Of a DNA stretch of 64,000 nt, positions 37,131-47,754 are shown piece by piece (position 1 is the stretch's first letter; each line of letters opens with the position of its first letter). This stretch comes from Chiloscyllium plagiosum (taxonomy: Eukaryota): contig NC_057711.1 in NCBI RefSeq assembly GCF_004010195.1, forward strand, positions 71,604,080-71,668,079. Reading direction: 5' to 3'. The notes beneath the pieces were generated by a model. It was not told the origin of the DNA. It was given only the letters and a program-made list of their open reading frames with translations, and did not search any database. The position numbers were made by a program, and so were the translations under genes.

Positions 37131-38529
37131 CTACTTTTCACCCATTGTCTAACATCATCCTCTTTCACCTCTTGATCTATGTCCATCTAATTCCTTCAAT
37201 CAACTCTTTTAATAAGTTCTTTTGTCTTACCATGGTGATCAATCCAACCTCGTTGCCTATACTTGATGATAGTTACTAAGGATCTTTCCTTCTTCACTAT
37301 CTTGTGAACTTCCTCCAATTAACCTGTTCCATCTTTCTCTGAATACACATTTCACAACTTCTTAATATTTGTCCATTTTACTCTAGATCCACATTTCATC
37401 TTCGTGTGAGGCACTCCAAACCATAGTATTGGTAGTTCTTTTTATGTTGTGCAATTCTTTGTGTTTGTTGAATACATTTCTTGCCATTGCAATTTTAGTT
37501 TCTTACTTATGACAGTAACCATTTTCTGGGAAGCTTCTCCCTAAGTACATAATTGTCATACCTGTTTCTATTGTTGACCATTCATCTTGACCTCTACTTT
37601 CCCACCACTATCCCTGACAAACCTCATAAATTTTCTCTCCTTATATTATGTACAAATATGAAGGGATGGCATGAATGAAGTGGTGAGAGATTCAACAATA
37701 AAAATTAATGCAATGTGGTTGTCCATGCATCAGATTGCTCTCAGCTGTCTTAACAGATATAGTAACCAATATTAACATTCCTGTCAAAATCGTGTCTCTT
37801 ACAAATGGAGACAGTAATTTTAATAGGTGCTTTTACTGTCTGCATGATGACACGGCCAACAGTAATTTCTATGTTTTAATGTAATATTTTAGAAAGATAT
37901 GAAAGAATGTTTTGTGTTAATAAAATAGGCAGTTTAATGTTTGAAACACATTACCAGAGTATATTAAAGTTTATAGGCCATGATTTTATTTTATTTTTTA
38001 GTAATGGTATTAAAAAATTGTGCTTCAAGCCATAAAATTACCTTAGCTACGTCACATAAAACAATTCTATTTTATTGCTGCATTTTTGTACTGTTGGTGC
38101 AGCTCTCCTGGTGGTACTAAGCCCCATAGACACCAGTTTCCTTTTTGTTAAATCAACACATTGCTGGTTTGAGAGCAATTTTTATGAATAAACCTGACCG
38201 ATGCCACTGATTTGAGAATTTTATTCGGTTAAGAAAGGCCTCAAGTACGTTGAGAGGATTCCACCTCAATATTATCACAGTGCACCATATGGGAAAGCTA
38301 TTGATTAGCAGCCCTGTAGGTGCATATTTAACTTCAGCCTCAGAAGGCAGTGATGAAGTTGTGTAAACATAGTGTTTGAATATACAGGTAGCAACTTTGA
38401 TTTACACTAGTGATTAAAGTCCATTTATGAGCTCTAGTATAAATAATCCATGCCTTTGTCACTTTAGCACTTATCTAACAAGACAATAAAACACTGAAAA
38501 AAGTTTTAGCAGAATGTCTTTTTTCGAAA

Positions 38530-38950
38530 AAGTGCTGAAGTCAATTGAAATTGGGGAAAAGATTCTGCTGGTTGGAGCCATATCAAGCACAAAGGATGAC
38601 ATTGTGGTTGTTTAAGGACAGTTATCTGGGCCCCAGGATGTCACTACAGGAGTTGATAGGGGAGTGTCCTAGTCCTTCAACTGCTCTATCAGTGACCTTT
38701 GCTCCATTATATGGTGGAGAGAGGACAATACAATGATAGAGAAGTATTGTGTGCTAACATACAGTGATATCTGAACAATATTCCAGCTTGTGCTGATCGT
38801 GACAAAGCAATGATCGTCTCTAACAAAAGAGAATCTAACTATCCTTCCTTAATGTTGAACGCATTGCCATTGCTGAATCACCCACGAAAAAATCCTGATG
38901 GTACTGAGGTACCATCAATAAGGTACTGAACCTGACCAGCCATATAGTAC
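38530..38950 (+). mobile_element. CR1-group family B RT fragment, decayed
   Basis: Collinear with 51620-52070. Confidence 0.6.
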
Positions 38951-39419
38951 ATTTTGAGGAGTCTCTTTTTCATATTTACATCATTGCATGAAGTTAGATC
39001 ACCTCATTCTTTGAAGGAGCTGCTTCTCAGCTATTGGTCATATTTCAGCCCACGCTCCTGAGTTTGGCCAATTGGTGCAGAGGGAGGCAGGCTAATCAGA
39101 CATCCTGGTAGGTCTGCCTTGAGGCATGGCCAACATGGCAATTAACAAGTCCAGGCAGTAGCCAACAGTCTGGCCCTTTTCCACAACTTGCAGACAAAAG
39201 GTATACTGCAATATTGCTACACTACAGCACTTAAAAGTTTGAAGAAATTTTAAGACAAGAAGATTAAAACAGCATTGATATAATGCCAGCTAACAATTAA
39301 GCCATAGCTTTAAAGCTATAGTATTTATTGATTGCAGAATCAGGAAATCTTTGATGAAAATAGAACAATTAGCATTAAGATGCTGCAGACTCAAAACTAC
39401 TTTAATTTTCCCAGAGGTA

Positions 39420-39700
39420 AGTTAAGAATCAGCCACATTGCTGTTGGTCTGGAGTCACATGTAGGCTAAACCAGATCAGGACATTAGTTTCCTTCCATGA
39501 AGGACAGTAGCAAAACTCATAGGTTTTTCCAAAAATTGGCAAGAGTTTCGTGGTCATCATTTGATTCTTATCTCCAGAGTTGTAATTGAATTCAAATCCC
39601 AACATCTGCAATTGAAGCATTGAATCTGGATCCCCAGAACAGTACGCAGGTCTCTGTATATGCAGTTCAGCAATAATAACATTAGATTATCACTTCCCAA
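39420..39700 (-). mobile_element. tRNA-derived SINE (second family; another copy at about 57720-58020)
   Basis: CCACATTGCTGTTGGTCTGGAGTCACATGTAGGC...GAATTCAAAT. The 57720 copy starts with a family-B-like LINE tail (ATTCATTCATTGGATATGAACATTGCTGGC). Confidence 0.6.
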
Positions 39701-39749
39701 GTAGAACCCACTTAAGATCATGACAAGTCATTGATTGAAGTTGTTCAGA

Positions 39750-40520
39750 CAGTGAATCAACCCTCTGAACAATGTTTTGAATCCCTTTCAGTTTCAATTT
39801 TTCATCTTTCAAAGAGCAACTATTATTATCAGTGACAATAGTGTGTTGGTAACTAAGCAGGCTTCCAGTACCACAACTAATTCTGTGAAAGTGTCTGATT
39901 CACTCAGAAGTTATCAATCGATGGGGAATGAAGATGTCCAATCTACTCAACAAGTCAAAGTAAAGACCTTGCATACTTTAACCAGATGTATCAGCAAATC
40001 AAAAATAAAGATTTGCTCGAACAAAGTGAAGATGAGCTGAATGTAACGCTACGGAAGCCAGACCTACATCTGCAGATTCAAGACATAGTTAGGTAGAAAT
40101 TCCCTGGTCTGAAAATCCAACATGCTGCAAGGAAGAAAATATGTGTTTCAATACAGCAATCATATGACACGATGAGTATTCATGAGATCAAAAGTCTCCA
40201 GACAAGGATATTGGGCAACTACCTGTGAAGGAAATTCGGGAGATTAAGGGTCTTCCAGATATCCTCCATGAAGGACATCAGAAGATTAAAGATCCTCCTG
40301 TGGATAAATGATCAATAGAAGAATAGAAATAAATGTCAACAAGCCAAAGAACTATCAATCTCCTAAGTCTGAAGGGAACACATTCTGAAGGGAGTGTGAA
40401 ACCTACAGACTACTTGAATTTGTGAATTCAAAGATGATGTGAGGTACTGTAAGATGTAAAAACAACAATACAACTGATTTATAAATATTAACTATGAAGA
40501 AGATGTGTAGGATAATATTT
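39750..40520 (+). mobile_element. Probable decayed Gypsy LTR-retrotransposon 3' end (pol C-terminus, PPT, LTR start)
   Basis: GSVKPTDYLNL* at 40390-40425 resembles the R.VKPP.RLNL* end of vertebrate Gypsy pol. A purine run GAAGAAGA precedes TGTGTAG at about 40504. Confidence 0.4.
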
Positions 40521-42342
40521 CTGAAAGAATTAATGTTGAAGCTTAATTCCAGTCTTACTAATCTGATGGTGTCACAGAGTCTCTGGGTGGAGCAGAGATA
40601 ATCTTATACAATGTCCCGAGGGAGGAAGACTTGTTGTCTCTGGTTCCTGACAGTCTTTGTAATCCTGCCTAACTAGTCCTTGTTGCTCTCATACAACAAA
40701 TTGTGTCTTGACTATTGCTAAAGAAGAAGCATTTTGTTAAAACTTTTTCTTACATTCATCAGGAAAACTCACAAGAATATAAACTTAAGGGGAAACCAAC
40801 ATTTCTACTGTATGAGAGGAGAATGTTGATTTGTTGGCACATTGACTCTGGTTGTAGGTGCAGAATGGAGAATGCACCAATTAATGTTGATTAACAATTA
40901 ACATCTAGGTTCTGTTTAAACCAGCCAGGTTGACACTAATTGGTTCGAGTATTGCCCTAAGAACTGAACCAGCAAATGTAATTTAACAAAAAACAAAACA
41001 GCAGATGCTGGATGTCTGAAACAAAAACAGAAATTGCTGGAGAAACTCAACAGATCGGGCAGCATCTGTGGAAAGCAGAATTAATATTTCGGATCCAGTG
41101 ACCCTTCTTCAGAAGAAGGTTCTGAAGAGGTGTGGCCATAGGTACCTGCATGGGCCTAGGTTATATCTGTCTCTCTGTCGTAGGTGGAACATTCCTTGTT
41201 CCAGTCCTATTCCCCCACCCACCAATCTTTCTCCAGTATATCAATGTCATCATTTGTGCTGCTTCTCTCTCTCATCTTAAAATGGAAACATTTATCTATT
41301 TTGCTTCCAATTTCCACCCCACTCTCATCTTCACTTGGTCCATCTCTGACACGTCCCTTCCCTTTCTCAATATATCTGTTTCGATTTCTGAGGATAGACT
41401 GACCATCAATATCCATGACAAACCCACCAACTCCTACAGTTACCTTGACCACACATCCTCACAGCCAGCTTCCTGTAAAGACTCTATTCCATTTAGCCAG
41501 ATTCACTGTCTTGCCGCATCTGTGTTGATGATGTCAACTTCAACAAGTTAGCCTCCAAAATGCCCACTTTCTTGATCAACCGAGGATTCCTCTCACCGTA
41601 ATTGATACGGCCCTCAGCCAGGTCCAACCCATCTCCAACACTTCTGCCCTCGCCCCCTCTTTTCTTTCCCATAACAGCGATAACATCCCCTTGTCCTCAC
41701 CCACCATTCCACCAACATCCATATCCATAAGATCATTAGCTGCCATTTCCATCACCTCCAGATGATGCCACAACTAATCCCTTCCAATCTCTTCTCAGCT
41801 TTCTGTAAGGATTGTTCACTCCTCCTTCACTCCCAGCAACCCCCACCCCCCCCACCCCCACAGCCTCATGGCACCTTCCCCTATAATCGCAGAAGGTATA
41901 GTGCTTGCCCGTTTACTATCTCCCTCCTCAGTATCCAAAGCCCCAAACATACCTTCCAGGTGAAGTAGCGCTTTACCTGCACTTCTCACAAACTAGCCTA
42001 CTACATTCGCTGCTAACAATGTGGTCTCCTCTACACTGGGGAAACGAAGTACAGACTGGGTAATTGCTTCACAGAATACTTATGTTCTGTCCACAAAAAG
42101 ACCCTGAGCTTCCACTAAAGTGCCTGCCATGTTAACACACAACCCTGTTCCCTGGCCAACGTCTCTGTATTAGGCTTGCTGCAGTGCTTCAGTGAAGCTC
42201 AGTGCAAGCTGGAAGAACAACACCTCATTTTCCTCTTGGGGACCCCGCAGCCTTCTGAACTTAAAAGCATGTTTAACAATTTTAGGGCTTGACGTCACAT
42301 CCTTACCCTAATCCCAACACACCAGGACTTGCCATCACATGG

Positions 42343-42433
42343 GCCGATGAAGGGCTCTCGCCTGAAACGTCGATTCTCCTGCTCCTCAGATGCTGCTTGG
42401 CCTGCTGTGCTTTTCCAGCACCACACTCTCGAC
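42343..42433 (+). mobile_element. PLE tail fragment starting at a hammerhead core
   Basis: CCGATGA-a-GGGC tctc GCCT-GAAA-CG-TC-GATTCTCCTGCTCC. Confidence 0.75.
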
Positions 42434-42466
42434 TGCTTTCACACACAACCCATTGTCAGCTACTAA

Positions 42467-42783
42467 TGATTTGGAGATGCCGGTGTTGGACTGGGGTGCA
42501 CAAAGTTGAAAATCACACAACACCAGGTTATAGTCCAACAGGTTTAATTGGAAACTTGTTTGACAATAACCTGGTGTTGTGTGATTTTTAACTCAGTGAC
42601 TAACAGTAAAATAACAAGGACTGCAGATGCTGGAGAGTCAGAATTGATAAAGTGTGGTGCTGGAAAAAGCACAGCATCCAAGGAGCAAGGCAGCCAATGT
42701 TTCGGGAGGGACCCTTCTTGCTCTTTTGCTCCTTGGATGCTGCCTGACTTGCTGTGCTTTTCCTAGTACCACACTTTATCAAC
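42467..42783. mobile_element. Two tandem PLE fold-back elements of different families (42467-42592 and 42604-42783)
   Basis: Each has inverted arms. They are bounded by three copies of TCAGCTACTA / TCAGTGACTA (42456, 42593, 42784). Confidence 0.75.
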
Positions 42784-42884
42784 TCAGCTACTATAGTCCA
42801 CATTAGTAGCTATTCATTCCTCCAGAGCTGAAAATGTGTTGCTGGAAAAGCGCAGTAGGTCAGGCAGCATCCAAGGAGCAGGAG

Positions 42885-42919
42885 AATCGACGTTTCGGGC
42901 ATGAGCCCTTCTTCAGGAA
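42885..42919 (-). ncRNA. Minimal hammerhead ribozyme motif
   Basis: Minus strand reads ttc-CTGAAGA-a-GGGC tcat GCCC-GAAA-CG-TC-gatt. Confidence 0.75.
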
Positions 42920-42999
42920 TGAGGAAAGTGTGTCCAGCAGGCTAAGATAAAAGGTAGGAAGGAGGGACTTGGGGGAGGGGCATTGGAAATGCGATAGGT

Positions 43000-43150
43000 N
43001 NNNNNNNNNNNNNNNNNNNNNNNNNNNNNNNNNNNNNNNNNNNNNNNNNNNNNNNNNNNNNNNNNNNNNNNNNNNNNNNNNNNNNNNNNNNNNNNNNNNN
43101 NNNNNNNNNNNNNNNNNNNNNNNNNNNNNNNNNNNNNNNNNNNNNNNNNN
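43000..43150. other. Assembly gap (151 N)
   Basis: Read directly; it lies inside one arm of the PLE inverted repeat. Confidence 1.
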
Positions 43151-44407
43151 ATAAATGATGTGTGTGGAGGTGCAGGTGAATTTGTTGTGGATATGGAAGG
43201 ATCCCTTGGGGCCTTGGAGGGAAGTAAAGGGGTAGGTGTGGGCGCAAGTTTTGCATTTCTTGTGGTTGCAGGGGAAGGTGCCGGGAGTGGAGGTTGGGTT
43301 GGTGGGGGTGTGGACCTGACTAGGGAGCCACGGAGGGAGTGGTCTTTTCGGAACGCTGATAGGGGAGGGGAGGGAAATATATCCCTGGTAGTCACAGAGG
43401 GAGTGGTCTTTTCGGATAGCTGATAGGGGAGGGAAGGGAAATATATCCCAGGTGATTGGGGCCCTTTTGGAGGTGGCGGAAATGATGGCGGATGATACGC
43501 TGTATATGGAGGTTGGTGGGGTGGTAGGTGAGGACCAGTGGGGTTCTGTCCTGGTGGCAGTTTGAGGGGCGGGGCTCAAGGGCGGAGGAGCGGGAAGTGG
43601 AAGAGATGCGGTGGAGGGCATCTTCGATCACGTTTGGGGGGAAATTGCAGTCTTTGAAGAACGAGGCCATCTGGGTTGTACGGTATTGGAACTGGTCCTC
43701 CTGGGAGTAGATGCGGGGGAGATGAACGAATTGGGAATATGGGATGGTGTTTTTACAGGGGGCAGAGTGGGAGGAGGTGTAGTCTAGGTAGCTGTGGGAG
43801 TCGGTCGGTTTATAGTAAATGTCTGTGTTGATTCGGTCGCCCGAGATAGTCCAAGGACCTGCATGTCCTTGGTGGAGTGGGAGGGGGAATTGAAGTGTTG
43901 AACCACGGGGTGGTTGGCACAAGGGATGAACTCAGAGACTGGAACCCTCCAACTACAAGGGATGAACTCAGATAGACCTAAGCAACACGACGGTTGGAGG
44001 AAGAACGCCTCATCTTCTGCCTAGGAATCCTCCAACCACAAGGGATGAACTCAGATTTCTCCAGTTTCCTCATTTCTTTGGACTCCTCCATCGGCAGACC
44101 ACAACAACACGACGGTTGGAGAAAGAGCGCCTCATCTTCCGCCTCGGAACCCTCCAACCACAAGGGATGAACTCGGATTTCACCAGTTTCCTCATTACCC
44201 CTCCCCCCACTTTGTCTCCGTCAAATCCCTCGAACTCAGCACCGTCTTCCTAACCTGCAATCTTCTTCCTGACCTGTCCACCCCCACCCCCACTCCGGCC
44301 TATTACCCTCACCTTGACCTCCTTCCACCTATCGCATTTCCAATGCCCCTCCCCCAAGTCCCTCTTCCCTACCTTTTATCTTAGCCTGCTGGACATACTT
44401 TCCTCGT

Positions 44408-44441
44408 TTCTGAAGAAGGGCTCATGCCCGAAACGTCGATT
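44408..44441 (+). ncRNA. Minimal hammerhead ribozyme motif
   Basis: CTGAAGA-a-GGGC tcat GCCC-GAAA-CG-TC-gatt. Confidence 0.72.
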
Positions 44442-45269
44442 CTCCTGCTCCTTGGATGCTGCCTGACCTGCTGCACCTTTCCAGCAACACATTTTCAGCT
44501 CTGATCTCCAGCATCTGCAGTCCTCACTTTCTCCTCAAAGATTTCATTCCCCCAGACCAATTTTTGGCTGTCCAACTGTTTTTCTCTCTCTTTATCTCCA
44601 CCTATTATTTACTCCCCAATCCAATTTCCTCATAAATACCAATCTTTTCCTAGCGACCATCAGTTCTGAAGAAGGGTCACTAGTCTCGAAACATTACATC
44701 TGCTTTCTCCACACAGATGCTGACAGACCAGCTGAGTTTCTCCAACAATTTTTAATTTTGTTTTTATTTCTAATTAATGGCATTGCGTCTATTAATTTAC
44801 ATCCCTGTTGCATGCATACACTTCTGATGTGAATCACACTAACACTGTAATCACAAGGAGTTAACACATACTCATCTAACATTTAATGGAAACATCCAAC
44901 ATCAGATGCTTCAATCTGCACCCTATTTCTGGCTGACATGGTTGAACATGGTGAAGCAGCATTCAGGAGACCTCTTTGCACCTTCTCCATCAGTACAACT
45001 CAAAGAGGCCATGAGTTGTTTATAGGTTAGATTTTGGTTTATTTCAATTTTGATGTCTCTACATGCCTCAATTTTCTGAAGTCTACTGGCAATGCTATGC
45101 CAGGTATAGATATTCATACACTTTTCAAAGCTTCTGCACAAGAGTTGCTCCCACATTTGTGTGCTCCAATAGGATTCCCTCTTGAAATTGCATGTGACTG
45201 GGAGAACAAGCAGAGGTCAAGTTGGCCAAGTCATGTAGCATGAAGAGGAATGCAGAGAAGCTGAAGAAG

Positions 45270-45680
45270 GCTTTTAATAGGTGCCCTTTTCCACCCAGAG
45301 TGTTCAGGGAGCAATTTCCCCTCGTGGCCATAACTATAAAATGTTTGCACATGGTTTCCTCCATGCTGCAGCTGGAGATATTAGCAACGTCTCACCTTTT
45401 GCAATGCAATGTTATACAAGGGAGGTAGATCACTGAGGCTCCCTGCAGAATTAGGAAATCATTTGATCGCATTCCGTCTTGCCAAAGGGAAGCTAGCAGA
45501 GCAGGTTTGAGAGTTTGCAGGATTATAAAGCTGTTTTGCTGTATGTCAACTCGGCCAGATAGTTGAACAAGAAAGAATTCCTCTTCCTCATTGTGCAGCT
45601 GCTGTGTGACCACAGGCTGTGCATCATGCCTGGTATCCTGGCAGTGGAGATTATGCCTTCACTCTGTGGCAGTCTGTTGT
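45270..45680 (+). pseudogene. Harbinger (HARBI1-like) DDE transposase remnant
   Basis: Ordered motifs in shifting frames, RCPFPPRVFREQF; AHGFLHAAAGDISNVSPFAMQCYTREV; NKKEFLFLIVQLLCDHRLCIM; WYPGSGDYAFTLWQS, match RPYPPRVFR, ASGSFQ..GD..ISQ, NRKGFHSLNVQLVCD and YPGS.HD.FIL.QS. Confidence 0.8.
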
Positions 45681-46004
45681 ACTCCATCCAATACAGAGAA
45701 CCCAGAGTAGCAATTGTGCCAGAAGGGTTGATGGCATGGCAACAAATGGAAAATAAAACAAAAAATGTTGAACAGTAGACCATTGGCAATCAAAAGCAGA
45801 CTACATCTTATTGGTAGTACTTGGCTGAGCAAGTTTTAAGATTGTTTGTGATAATGTGCACGTTATGCAACCTTGTAATCTCAGGGGAAACCCAAGCTGT
45901 AGGAAGTTGAGGAATAAGAAGATCAAAAGGCATCTGAGGTGAAGGAAGCAAAATAAACAAAGGACACTGCAGCCTAGACAGTCTCTTTCTCCTGGGGTGT
46001 ACAC

Positions 46005-46497
46005 GAAGAACTAAATAATAAAGGCATCATAATCCCAGAGACCATAGGGCTTTTCACTCATTAGAGAGAGACAAACTGGCAGTAATTTAACCTTAAGATC
46101 ACCATACTTCATAGAATCCCTACAGTGTGGAAACAGGCCATTCAGTCCTCTAAGTCCACACAGACCCCCCAAACAGTAACCCACCCAGACACCTCCTATT
46201 CTACATTTACCCCTGACTAATGCACGTAACCTACACATCCCTGAACACAACGGGCAATTTAGCATGGCTGATTAACCTAACCAGCACATCTTTGGATTGT
46301 GGGAGGAAACCTGAGCACTGAGAGGGGTCTCACGCAGGCACAGAGAAGATATACAAATACCACACAGTCATCTGAGGTTGGAATCGAACTGGGTCCCTAA
46401 CACTGTAAGGCAGCAGTGCTAACCACTGAGCTACCATTTTGCTCAGGTGAGGGGAGAGGTTGAGAAGGAGAGTCCTTCATAGTGATTTCAGCCAGTG
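46005..46497 (-). mobile_element. Unclassified SINE-like repeat split by an HE1 SINE (related + strand copy at about 47430-47560)
   Basis: The pieces 46005-46107 and 46442-46497 join into a sequence whose reverse complement resembles 47430-47560 (CATGAAGG...GTGGTGAC..TCAAGGT...TAATGA). Confidence 0.5.
46108..46437 (-). mobile_element. HE1/V-SINE
   Basis: Reverse-complement head, V-domain and tail. Confidence 0.9.
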
Positions 46498-46706
46498 CCT
46501 TACTTCATGTGTAAAAGCAGCAATTCCCCACTCAGCGCTTTCTTACCTTTTCTTTGTCATGGGCCATCACATTATCCATTTATCCACAATGCCAATACAA
46601 AAACAAGCATCAAGGAAATACTCCAATTCCAAACCAGATTGACAAATTAACGCAAGCCGTATTGCATTTAAAAATAAACAAACGACCCTTTCTCTTCGCC
46701 TGAGGC

Positions 46707-46746
46707 CCACTGAAGATGTTACTTAGTAGGGTAATGAAACGTCTGG
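46707..46746 (+). ncRNA. Minimal hammerhead ribozyme motif at the 3' end of a distinct PLE-family remnant (about 46580-46782)
   Basis: CCA-CTGAAGA-t-GTTAC ttagtagg GTAAT-GAAA-CG-TC-TGG: stem I CCA/TGG, 5-bp stem II, ACGT stem III. Confidence 0.75.
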
Positions 46747-47754
46747 AAATGAACCCTCCAACTCAGCAAGCAAACCTACATCTAACACCTTTCTCTTAGT
46801 GTTTGTCAATCTTGCTATGTTGTAGTGATCCCATGGACTGTTTTCAGTATGGTTGGTGGAAGGATAATGGCTCTTATAGAAGGGGAAGACTGCAGGTGAC
46901 CTTGGAAAATAATCTTGAGCAACAAGCAAAAGTGAGGAATGGGAGGTGGGATCACAGAATAGAGCCATGCCAGGAGAAAGACGGGCAACAAGGTCAGAGA
47001 TTGTGGTTTGGTTGTGTGGTTGAGGACAGATGGCAGTGGAACAGGATAGGCAAGGGCATGTATCGGAGGACTGGAGCGATGAACTGGTTGGACTGAACCC
47101 CTGTTAGTAGAATTCCTGGCAACAAGACCCATAGTCATTGATTTCAAGCAAAGCAAGCTGGCTCAAGTCAGTTTTTTTTTAACTTACCTCCCGTTCCTTG
47201 GATCAAACTTTAGCTCACTCACTAGACAGTCACAGCCTTGCCACACAGCTGCTGGTCCCACAGCTGGACCTCAGGCCTATGGTTTAAATGGCTACAAATC
47301 AAAACAAATAAAGACAACCCATTATTACTGAAGTTGTTCTCAGCTGCATAGGAGATTTGCATTATGTTGCAATCAAGTCACTTTGTAGAGTTGGCTAGAA
47401 TGTGATACAGAAGGATGCAATCACTGTAATGATGAGTTACGCCATGAAGGCTTGCCTTGCCCTCGGCTTGGGGAGTGGTGACATTCAAGGTATATGTGAC
47501 CAATTGTCACTCCGTAATGAAGAAAAATGCCTACGGGCTTTTGTGGGCTAAGACTAATCTCCTTACAATAACTCTCCTAACACATTTTACAGAATAAAAG
47601 GAATTCAGTACATGTTTCTATGAGCAACTTATCACTATGAACTAATTCAAGACAGCATTTAAGTGAATGGCAGGGAGACATCAAACTTAATTTGAATCAT
47701 TTGGTCTGAACTGAATATTAAAGGCTAAATACTCACACAGACGATGCGAAAACG

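Larger units (their letters stand above)
42827..44542 (-). mobile_element. Young Penelope-like element: minus-strand RT thumb/linker region with an inverted (+ strand) 3' copy and a 14-bp TSD
   Basis: Peptides ISGDRINTDIYYKPTDSHSYLDYTSSH...IPYSQF and GTFPCNHKKCKTC. Arms 42824-42999 and about 44327-44502 are reverse complements. TTCATTCCTCCAGA (42813-26) / TTCATTCCCCCAGA (44543-56). Confidence 0.9.
40990..44765 (+). mobile_element. Older Penelope-like element (RT + GIY-YIG pseudogene, about 41130-42290) with inverted terminal tails, hosting nested PLE insertions
   Basis: MAIGTCMG (G.AMG-like), IFLQYINV (RY.DD-like), LPFLNISV...KPTNSYSYLDHTSS..KDSIPFSQ, and GIY-YIG-like AYYIRC*QCGLLYTGET near 42000. 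Tails 40990-41115 and 44663-44765 are reverse complements. Confidence 0.85.

Noticed and set aside
42860..43621. 253-aa ORF, the longest in the track
   Set aside because: It spans the N gap and mixes PLE frames across a tandem duplication; not a real CDS.
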